Below are positions 11,601 through 20,000 of a stretch of 20,000 bases of DNA, piece after piece. The notes under the pieces were generated by a model. The model did not search any database, was not told the origin of the DNA, and saw only the letters and a list, made by a program, of their open reading frames with translations. Source of the stretch: Trichoplax sp. H2 (Eukaryota). Each line of letters starts with the position of its first letter. The stretch's first letter is position 1. A program made the translations under genes and the position numbers. The stretch covers positions 185,890 to 205,889 of the forward strand of contig NOWV01000136.1 in assembly GCA_003344405.1 (NCBI GenBank), read 5' to 3'.

Positions 11601-14318
11601 GACCAGGATAATGTGGTCGTTTTTTTCTTGGTACCCTTACGACTCTATCGATGATTATTTCATTCAAGAATAAATACTCTTTCCATATAGTATCAAATAC
11701 AGTAATACACTACTGAACACAAGTAATACAAAATTGAAGCTTGACTAGCTCCCTAGTACTAATAACTTTTAAAATTTAGATAATTAAATTTACCACTGTT
11801 GTATACACGTACCTTTCGTGGTGTCACCAAATCGGGTAGAGATTTACTTTCGGAATTTTCAAATATTTCGATAAGGTTAACTAAAACGTAACTTAGCATC
11901 TAGAATAAAATAATGTAAAAATATTACGTGAACAACTGTTATAGTAATAGTAACTTGCTCAGCTTTGGTAAAACGTTGCTGCTGAAATTATCATGCTAAC
12001 TACATGACCTTATTGAATAATTAATTAGAGTTCACTTTCTACTGAGTAAAATTCATCAAGTTACAGTAACAAACGTAACAAAGAAGACATTATTGTAACT
12101 GATGGTATGTACGAAGTAAGACGCTTGCAATATTGGTAACTACTAATTAATCCAAAGTAATTCATTAAGAAAACATATTTGGAAGAGAAAGTGCCCTTTT
12201 ATTAAGTTGAAAGTGAATACCTTTAAAATCTTCAATTCCTTCTTTTTATCATTAATATCGTTTTTTTCTAGCATTACCGTAAGGTCGCTAGCATATTCCT
12301 TCATGACTAAAATGCGATTCAAAATAAAATGAAGCATACCGCTTATACACTAATTGATAACATTTCCATAAACTGCTAGGGCTACGGCAGCGATGACAGC
12401 ATTAAAACACTATTAAAGATATGAACTAAAACTTTTTTTTTCTACAAGTGCAAATGATTGGTTAAGATGCAATTTAAAATTTCTACCATTGCATATACTG
12501 TATATTGCCTATCTGAATGATTTATAATACCTGACAATAAGGTTGTCCAAACGTCTTGCTTGATCATGACATCCAGTTCGTTATGCTTACTACGTGTGGT
12601 GTGTACAAGAAATTGATTACTTTAGCACTGAGTTATAGTGCCGTAATGATGATTTATGTTTATGTTATGGCATATGTACAATTGTACATTGTACAGTATA
12701 CCCAAAAGATAATACCCTATTAGTAAACTAATTAGAAAGTAGTCCAGTAATTCACTGTCAATACAGTTAAGCTCGGTTAATTGCTCTGAACTATTACTTT
12801 ATCTACAGTACAGCGGAATATGACCACTATTGTAACAGCTAGGAAAGTATAACGTGTAAGATCTGGGTGCTGTAGACTTGTGATATTCGTAAAGATCGAT
12901 AGAAATGGATGATTATTCTAAACGATGCCATTTCTTCTACTTTATAGCTAGTGAATGTAGAAAGTAATGAAACGGGCGTTATTTTGGGGTGAGTGTACAG
13001 TATTAAAAGACTACAAATGACAGTTGTTCTGATTATTTGGCTACCTTGTACTGTAGTACTAAAGAAGACAGCAACTCAATTACAGTATCATCGGAATTTG
13101 CAAGTGCTTTAGTTGTATAAACCAACTTTATAACATGTCAATATTTCCCAAAGAAATAAAGTGTCTATGTGTGATCTTTCTATAATTCTATCACATCCAG
13201 TAGTAGTAAGTTAGCTGGTATAAGCTATTCATTGAAAGTCTTTTTGAAGGATACCTCTCCGTTTTGATTGGATAATGTATGAAGTAATTGGTACTAAGTA
13301 ATTGATTCGACGTAATATTTGCTTTATCCTATCCAATTGTCAGATAAAGCAAGCTATCAAAAGATCGACTTACGTTAGTACGCTATAGTAGAGATTGAAG
13401 ACATTTAAGATTTGATCGGCACCATGTTTGCGTAGGTTAGAATTAGCGCCTAATTACGAATAAGATTCAAAAAGAATTACAGTTTTAGTCGGTCAGCAGA
13501 CGTAGAAATGAGATTGTTGTTTTATCTACAGAAATTAATACTCCTACTAAATAGATGCCATCCATGTAGTCTAAAAAGCAGTTGAAGGATTCTGTTACAA
13601 AGCTTAAAGATACCCTACTATTTCCTAAATTGAAAAATGACTATGATTGTGATGTACACTAATGTACCCTACACAATCAAGTCGATAGCATTGACGTCTT
13701 GGCTTTGAATAGATAAACTTGCAGGTTATCCCTCGTCACAAATACAGTGATGCATTATGACAACTATCTCAACACGATGTTGTCATATTGATGAGACGGC
13801 TGTATTTTACGACAATGAGATAGAAAAGTATACAATTTAGGGGGGTCTACAAATTACATAACGATGCATTCGATGTAGGTCTTGACTATGAGTATACAGA
13901 TATACATCCATTGGCTTGATCATGAAATACAGATCTTGACAGTCTTGTTTACCGTTGTTCAACTGATTTCTCCACAAGAGTACAGTAGAACGACGTCATG
14001 CTATTCACTCTTTACACCCCTAACTCAATACCATTCAGATTACGCCAACCTCTTGGGCTAAATATGCCTAGTATAATATTTAGTCAGTGCAAGAATGGTC
14101 GATGTAGATGGCAATCCATGACTCGTCTTTCCCCCCTGATGACCACTGCAGTGACTGAGAAAAAAAATTCACGTCGTTGAAAGCAACTACTTACTTCCAA
14201 TATTACATTGAATTTCTCGCGTGGTGGCGACTTCTTCAACCACATAACTATTGATTTCAGAGACATGAAGTAAATCTTCCATTTTAAGTGGTAACTTAAA
14301 ATATTCAGCAGAATTCAT
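5662..14318 (-). CDS. NCAPD2: Condensin I complex subunit 1 (CAP-D2/Cnd1), HEAT-repeat protein, 32 exons, ~1269 aa
   Basis: Hand-spliced exons (minus strand): 14318-14195, 13449-13374, 12589-12531, 12306-12221, 11899-11813, 11644-11496, 11368-11247, 11184-11061, 10937-10790, 10643-10521, 10446-10372, 10295-10161, 10067-9995, 9882-9752, 9659-9400, 9289-9208, 9072-8998, 8888-8827, 8743-8608, 8544-8478, 8401-8255, 8161-7974, 7881-7764, 7672-7549, 7475-7424, 7329-7226, 7148-6971, 6879-6785, 6539-6459, 6338-6152, 6080-5984, 5906-5662 (3810 nt, all GT-AG, open frame). Motifs: LWDPPVVEEE, HLDGESYVMRNAVL, HVHDVNAFVRSKVIQ, RLHDKSSNVRRNA, LLGSKTPSDVLEAVDFF, DLTVRFPNLIEPWT, LTHLILNDMIKVKGQISEMA, GNAVYNILPDIISRLSD, RQWRNLAYCLSLL. 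Confidence 0.95.
13727..13822 (-). ncRNA. Candidate intronic structured RNA: 96-nt imperfect hairpin in NCAPD2 intron 1
   Basis: Stems UAUCUC/GGGAUA, UUGUCGU/GUGACGA, AAAUACAG/CUGUAUUU and UAUGACAAC/GUUGUCAUA. The basal pairs rely on G-U wobbles available only on the minus (pre-mRNA) strand. UGAG in the apical loop. Family not identified. Confidence 0.35.
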
Positions 14319-14749
14319 CGCTTTTCTCCCAACTGGATTCCAATGAACGAGAATACTTGGTGTTAATTGTGTCAATAGCCTGCTGGACACGTCCAATTTC
14401 GGAAAAGGAATTTGTTGACAGGGAATTCAAGCAGGATTTGGTCCACTGTCCAATAACTCTTTCCACCTGAGCAAGTCAGCTAGTAAGATAGCTTACAGCC
14501 AAGTTGAATTTGACTCTTTAACAGCGATAGAATCGGATAATATTGATTTGCTTCTCCTTCAGCGAATAGGCTGATGATATTAATGTGAGTGGCGCAATTT
14601 TTTCTCTTCTCTTTTCCTTCAAGAGAGTTTGGTGGTCGCTGATACCAGCAAGTTTGTGGATAATAACGTGCAGTACTGATACTGCAATCGCACTCGCCAC
14701 AGAAGGATTGTCTATGAAGAAAAGATGTCGACCGCCAGGGCAGTATTGG

Positions 14750-14796
14750 TAATGGCGCTTTCTTTCTGAATTTAAATTTTGCTGGCGACCAATCAG
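14750..14796 (-). promoter_or_regulatory. Putative NCAPD2 core promoter: CCAAT (NF-Y) box, GC-rich element, CHR-like TTTAAA, YY1-like site
   Basis: GACCAATCAG at 14787-14796 (full NF-Y consensus); on the minus strand CGCCAGC-AAAA-TTTAAA (CHR variant at 14771-14776 with a 4-nt spacer); GCGCCATT near 14751-14758. Confidence 0.5.
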
Positions 14797-14819
14797 AATG
14801 AACGTTAACGTTTCAGTGT

Positions 14820-14909
14820 ACAGTACCTGACAACTACAGTACTGTACTGTACTGTACAGTACAAAGTCGTTTGAACGACCGGAGTGCAAACCGGACCAGG
14901 GTGACACTT
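14820..14909. repeat. ~90-bp element copy 1, CAGTA/TACTG pentamer tract plus GC-rich core
   Basis: ACAGTACCTGACAACTACAGTACTGTACTGTAC...AAAGTCGTTTGAACGACCGGAGTGCAAACCGGACCAGGGTGACACTT, followed by further CAGTA units to ~14932. Confidence 0.85.
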
Positions 14910-15475
14910 ACAGTACTTACAGTACAGTACTGATCGTAGTGTAATGGAACCTTAATTTTTTGTTAAATTAAGAACTTTGTTTGGTTACTACTGTACAGTG
15001 TACATTTTACTTACAACATATTTGTACATCGTCTTTTAAATTTGAGCATGTTGAACTCAATTTTTACTATTTGCATGAAGGATATTATAGCAACTGGCGA
15101 TACGAGAAACCTTTAAAGTTTCATTCAAAGCTCCCAAATTTGGCGAATAATATGCGCCATTTAGTTACATTTGCGCACTTTTTACAATTTAGGACAGACT
15201 CTCTTCAAATGCATTACGTCATTACTGCCTACTGTAGAAGGGAATAGTATTGTAATTCTTGCTTTATATGTACTGTAGATCATTCATAAATGGGGATATA
15301 ACGGTCAGTGATACTTTCATCATTTATGGACTAAAGAGCAAGTTTAACTTTCTAACTTTACCAGATTCAGATATTTCAGAATCTCTCCATCAACCTCATA
15401 TATCATTCTATTATAGCTTTACTGTATTTTTAAAGAAAAATATGGCCCGAAAGTGACAAAATGTTATGAAACAGC

Positions 15476-15518
15476 CTGTACAGTACAATACTGTACTGTA
15501 CTGTACTGTACTGTACTG
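15476..15518. repeat. (TACTG)n/(CAGTA)n pentanucleotide microsatellite
   Basis: CTGTACAGTACAATACTGTACTGTACTGTACTGTACTGTACTG read directly. Confidence 0.9.
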
Positions 15519-15550
15519 TGTAAAAACTTTGAGTACAGTACCTAACAACG

Positions 15551-15639
15551 ACAGTACCTGACAACTACAGTACTGTACTGTACAATACTGTACAAAGTCG
15601 TCTGATCGACCAGAGTGCAAACCGGACCGGGTGACACTT
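15551..15639. repeat. ~90-bp element copy 2 (direct repeat of 14820-14909)
   Basis: ACAGTACCTGACAACTACAGTACTGTACTGTAC...AAAGTCGTCTGATCGACCAGAGTGCAAACCGGACCGGGTGACACTT, only a few differences from copy 1; flanked by TACTG arrays. Confidence 0.85.
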
Positions 15640-15856
15640 GTACTGTACTGTACCGAACAACGACGGTAGAACTGAAATTATGAAGAACTTTGACTTTGTA
15701 CGTAAATTCTGTCAACGGATTCTCGTTATTTAACTCTTCCTCTATCATTGGAATGAATTAATGGTTGTTTGTTTGTTCACACTTAGCTCGTGGTTTGGCA
15801 AAACTAAACCTGTTCTTAAGAGTGGACTGTATCGTTGAGAGCTGCAGCTAAAAGCA

Positions 15857-15915
15857 CGCCATTACAACACAAAAATGGCATATTTACTTTCGATCTGTGA
15901 CGTCATTGATGGCGG
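15857..15915 (+). promoter_or_regulatory. Putative ASTE1 proximal promoter: CRE palindrome and YY1-like sites
   Basis: TGACGTCA at 15898-15905; GATGGCGG at 15908-15915; AAAATGGC at 15872-15879; CGCCATT at 15857-15863; ~170-230 nt upstream of the ATG. Confidence 0.4.
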
Positions 15916-16085
15916 TGTAACCCGTCACTTCTTCTTTGTACAGTAGCTATCATCGGACCAACACATTCATACCACCCGACTACTCATTTGAGCAGAGGTT
16001 AGCTAGCTCGGATCCAATTCATTTCTAGTTGGAAACGAAGCGATCTTACAAGGAATGATCGGGCAGTCAATAGCTGTGAAGGAAC

Positions 16086-18071
16086 ATGGGTATTAAATAT
16101 TTAACCAGCTATATCAACGCTAATGAAAACATCTTCTTGACTCGGATTGAGGTCAGCCATCAAGATGTTGTGATTGATGGATCGGCATTGGTCCATCATT
16201 TATACCACCAAAATATTGGAATCGATCCATCGCAGCATTTAAGCTATCGTTCAGGTGGTGATTATCGACAGTTTAGTAAGAGAATTGAAGGCTTTTTTAC
16301 CAAGTTGATGCAATATAAAATTCGAGCCTTTGTCATCTTCGATGGCACTTGTGCACTCAAAAAGTTTAAAATGGATACCATCAGAAGTAGAGCAAAAGAC
16401 GGGATTGCCAAGGCAGCCTCGTTAAAAACAACCGATAAAGATGTTGCCATATTGCCACCGATGGCTGAAATGACATTCATTCACGTTCTACGCCAATTGC
16501 ATATACCCTTTGTTAAAAGTGAAAAAGACGCTGATCCAGAGATTGCTGCGCTAGCTGAAAAGTGGCAATGCTTAGTCATGAGCAAAGATAGCGATTTCTT
16601 CATTTTTAAACTTAGCCGCGGTTATGTACCATTTGATAAAATCTACATGGATGATGATCATCATTGTCTAGTTTGTTATGCTTATTTTCAAAATAACTTT
16701 AGTCAAAGACATCATATACCGCTCTTGCTGCTACCATTAGTAGCATCATTCTTGAGTAATGATTATCTTAGCTATGAAGATTTGCAAGAAATTCATTCTA
16801 CTTTAAGTGTTCGATTGCATGATACTATAAGAGAAAAGATAATATCCATCATAAACTGGCTTCGAAATAAAAACATTACTTCATTTGATGATTGCTTATC
16901 AGCAGGATTATTAACCTTAGTGCCAAAGCATAAATTGGAAACTCTCCTAGCAAAACTGAGGTATTCAATACAATTTTATAGCCAAGATGTCAATGTCAAC
17001 GCGGTTGAAGGACACCTTCGACAAGAGTTTACATTACCTCAACAATCACATATTTTTGAAGATGATGAAGACGATACCAAAAATTGGATCATTAACTTAT
17101 ATCGATATAATAGGTTTCCATCCTTCGCTCTTGACATCATCTGCAATAAATTCGTAGCTTTTCGACCTTCTATAGAGCATGTACGATTTCCTAGTGTTCA
17201 CAATTGTACACAAGCTTTACGTGATGTTATCTATGCAATACTATTAAAAGGAGAAGAGGTGAAGGATACAATTATTTACAGCCCCGATCGAGGTAATTAC
17301 GCTCGTAGATATGATCATATACAGGAAAAAGATGGGTTTATAAAAGAATGGGATCGAATGAAGGAAAGCCATTACGCTGCAAAGTATGTCAAGATAAAGG
17401 AACTACCAACATTCATTTGCAGACAACAAGCCCTAACTCCCATACCTCATTTACACAACCTACGTTTATCCGACCGGAAAGATAGACTGCAATTTCTGTT
17501 AATGGTATTCGATTGTGAACACGATTACTTACGGGAGTTGAATTTATTTTGGTGGTTAATTGTAGCCAGCCTTAGATACTGGTTTAAGAATTGTTTACAA
17601 GACAGCAACCATCTCTTGCTCACTATCCTACTTGTTTGTATCATTAATCTTTATTATGATAGCGTTCAAGAATTTCCAAAGGAGAGCATGTAAGCAATAA
17701 ACTCTATCATTGAATTAACGTTCAATGTTACAAAACATCTAACCTCTTGTTCTCAACTAAAAATCAAAATCACTTACTTACTCTTTGTATATAATTTATG
17801 AACACTTTCTAGGGATATCAAGTTGTCTCATTCTTTTATTCAATGGCAATTTGTGTACAAGACCTGTATTTATCTAAATCAGATCGTTTGCGAACCTCTA
17901 CCGCAATTGGAGCAAGCTATTTACAGTGGCTCATACATTTGTAGTATTTACAATAAAATTAACCGTACTTTAAGTAAATCGGAAAAATCAAAAATTGGCA
18001 CCGTCGCAGGGGATACTTTAGTGTGTGATACTGAACTTTATTTTAAAATTATCAAGATAGTAACTAAATAA
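16086..18071 (+). CDS. ASTE1: Protein asteroid homolog (ASTE1-like), XPG/FEN1 PIN-family nuclease, 2 exons, ~620 aa
   Basis: Exon 1 16086-17689 (donor AT|GTAAGC), exon 2 17813-18071 (acceptor TTTCTAG|G), 1863 nt. XPG-type motifs MGIKYLTSYI, VVIDGSAL, GGDY, VIFDG, DADPEIAALA, VMSKDSDFFIF, NDY; C-terminal HSFIQWQ...YLNQIVCEPLP resembles the Asteroid-family H-x-F-x-QWQ...LNQLL..PLP block. Confidence 0.9.
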
Positions 18072-18121
18072 CGATTACTGTTGTGATTATTTAGCTATTT
18101 GATTCCTATCAAGGAATCTGA

Positions 18122-18127
18122 AATAAA
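18122..18127 (+). terminator. Probable ASTE1 polyadenylation signal
   Basis: AATAAA 50 nt after the stop codon, with a T/GT-rich tract downstream. Confidence 0.4.
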
Positions 18128-18493
18128 TTATAGCTTGCCTATTTTACTGTTGACTATCCTAACACTTATGAACCCCTGATTGCATACAGAAGAAATGGAT
18201 TACATTGTACATATTTAGCTCTTGTCAGAAGATTATATAACCATCTGCAATCTATTACATGTAAGGAGGACCACATTTAATCAGACATTTAAATTTTATT
18301 TTCTTAACTTTATCATTTATATACAAATTTTATAACTTCAATATGGAAATATTTTCAAGTTTTCTGAATGATATTACAGTAATATGGGCCTGCATGAAAT
18401 AGAACCATCACTTTACTTACAATTGGTTAATTGTGCCGTTGAGCGTTAAAATTATTTATTTATGTTTTAAATCATTCTTCAATAAAAATATTA

Positions 18494-19277
18494 ACTGACT
18501 TCTAACCAGATTACGGTCTCTAGATTTGTAAATTAATGAAAAACTCTTACGGTAAGAATCGAAAGATTAAGTGGAGTATGCTCCTATTTCTGCTATTACT
18601 GCCCATAAGCCTCATCACTCAATAATTCTGGAAAGTTCGATTGTAACTATTAGCAATCCATTTTATACGTTGTTTCAGCAATGTTGGTATTAAAAGGGAG
18701 AACCGGTTAATTTAATCTATTATATAATTCATTCATGCAGTGGAATCGACTATTCAAATCAAGTGTCTTATTAGTACTGACTTCTAACCAGATTACGGTC
18801 TATAGATTTGTAAATTGATGAAAAATTCTTGTGTTTACGGTAAGAATCGAGTGATATAGTGGAGTATGCTCCTATTTCTGCTACTACTGACCATAAGCCT
18901 CGTCACTAAATATTCCTGGAAAGTTCGATGGTAACTATTAGCAATCCATTTTATACGTTGTTTCAGCAATGTTGGTATTAAAAGGGAGAACCGATTAATT
19001 TAATCTACATGTCAGATTACGGTCTCTAGATTTATAAAATGATGAAAAACTCTTGTGTTCACGGTAAGAATCGAGTGATGGAGTACGCTCCTATTTCTGC
19101 TACTACTGACCATAAGCCTCATCACTAAATATTCCTGGAAAGTTCGATTGTGACTATTAGCAATCCATTTTATACGTTGCTTGAGCAATGTTGGTATTAA
19201 AAGGGAGAATCGGCTAATTTAGTCTAGAATTCATTCATGTAGTGGAATCGACTATTCAAATCGAGTGTTTTCTTAGT
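18494..19277. repeat. Three-copy tandem repeat (periods ~282 and ~224 bp), high identity
   Basis: Copies start at ~18494, ~18776 and ~19013, sharing CAGATTACGGTCT..., TACGGTAAGAATCGA-like, GCTCCTATTTCTGCTA, CCATAAGCCTC, CTGGAAAGTTCGAT, ACTATTAGCAATCCATTTTATACGTTG and GCAATGTTGGTATTAAAAGGGAGAA. The tail AATTCATTCATG.AGTGGAATCGACTATTCAAATC occurs in copies 1 and 3 only. Confidence 0.95.
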
Positions 19278-20000
19278 TGATCAAACTGACGCTATAATAC
19301 TACAGTACGTTAAAATAAACTACGACATATTGTAACATAAAGGGCTCCCACGCTAACAAGCATTGAAGAAGACTCCTAAATGAAGGATATTCGTTATTAG
19401 CTGTAAATAAATAATTATTTTTGATTCAATTAATGGATAGCAGGTTTAGTAATTGGTATTGGACTCTTTTCTTTATCAGCGTGTGCTAACGCATATTCTA
19501 AATTCATTAGTACGAAATGGATTATATACTTGACCTCCTTAAGTCATTGCACATCTTCTAGCCGTCGTAAGTGCTAGTATCGTATTAAAATAAGCCAGTA
19601 CCGTAAATTGATTGATATTTATAGTTGATATTTCTGTAGAATCAGCTCTAAAAGGGCTTTTAGAATACAGTAGTAGTCGCAGAACATTATTCCAGCAGAA
19701 ATTTCTTGAGTATATGGTATAGATATACGCTACGTAGTATAATAATGCACTTGACAGTACAGACCAGGACTGTATTACTATTCTACACTATAATATGATT
19801 TCTTGAAAAACATAATGATTGATATTAAGGATGATGAGAGGATGAAGAGCAGATTTATTTGTAGATTGAAAATAAACGCACACAGGTAGAACATTAGAGA
19901 GACATACAGGAGAAGGCTACTACCTGGTAGAATAGAATATCGACGGATTTATATTATACTGTATAATAATCGATACGAAGGCAGCTAGAATGTGCTCGAT

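Noticed and set aside
11955..11975. CTTTGGTAAAA resembling the U85/SCARNA10 guide to U5 snRNA in NCAPD2 intron 4
   Set aside because: Antisense to the host pre-mRNA and not followed by a D box.
14014..14026. Possible telomerase RNA template (CCCTAAC)
   Set aside because: Only 7 nt match the TTAGGG repeat and it lies on the opposite strand to the UGAG-loop hairpin.
14131..14185. Hammerhead-like CUGAUGA...GAAA on the plus strand
   Set aside because: Stem II does not close directly onto GAAA, and no stem I/III with an NUH cleavage site could be built.
683..14318. U12-type or non-canonical introns
   Set aside because: All reconstructed introns are GT-AG with U2-type donors; no RTATCCT donor was seen.
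14863..14909. tRNA/SINE-like reading of the repeat core (TTTGCAC loop, GTTCAAAC B-box-like)
   Set aside because: No D arm or A box, poor anticodon stem, and the B-box-like word is not kept in copy 2.
14981..15748. Short intergenic ORFs, including VQYST-repeat peptides
   Set aside because: Non-AUG starts or translations of the CAGTA pentamer repeat; no protein-family signal.
18494..19277. CRISPR-like array
   Set aside because: Units are similar along their whole length with no unique spacers, and the context is eukaryotic.

Overview
AT-rich, gene-dense eukaryotic DNA with many short GT-AG introns, consistent with a compact early-branching animal genome (placozoan-like; the taxon is an inference). 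I reconstructed three complete genes by hand: cyclin L (+, 12 exons, 683-4824, ~465 aa), condensin I subunit CAP-D2/NCAPD2 (-, 32 exons, 14318-5662, ~1269 aa) and an Asteroid/ASTE1 XPG-family nuclease (+, 2 exons, 16086-18071, ~620 aa). Non-coding features: a degenerate tandem duplication in cyclin L intron 1, two direct copies of a ~90-bp element embedded in CAGTA/TACTG repeats between NCAPD2 and ASTE1, a 3-copy ~225-280-bp tandem repeat downstream of ASTE1, and strong non-coding enrichment of TAC(A/T)GTA. Best leads: a strand-specific structured-RNA candidate in NCAPD2 intron 1, a possibly ancient poison/retained intron in cyclin L, the TACWGTA (Tc1/mariner footprint-like) enrichment, an ~680-nt AUG-free NCAPD2 upstream region with CCAAT+CHR motifs, and C/D-box snoRNA-like motifs in the terminal tandem repeat. 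No new protein-coding system is evident.
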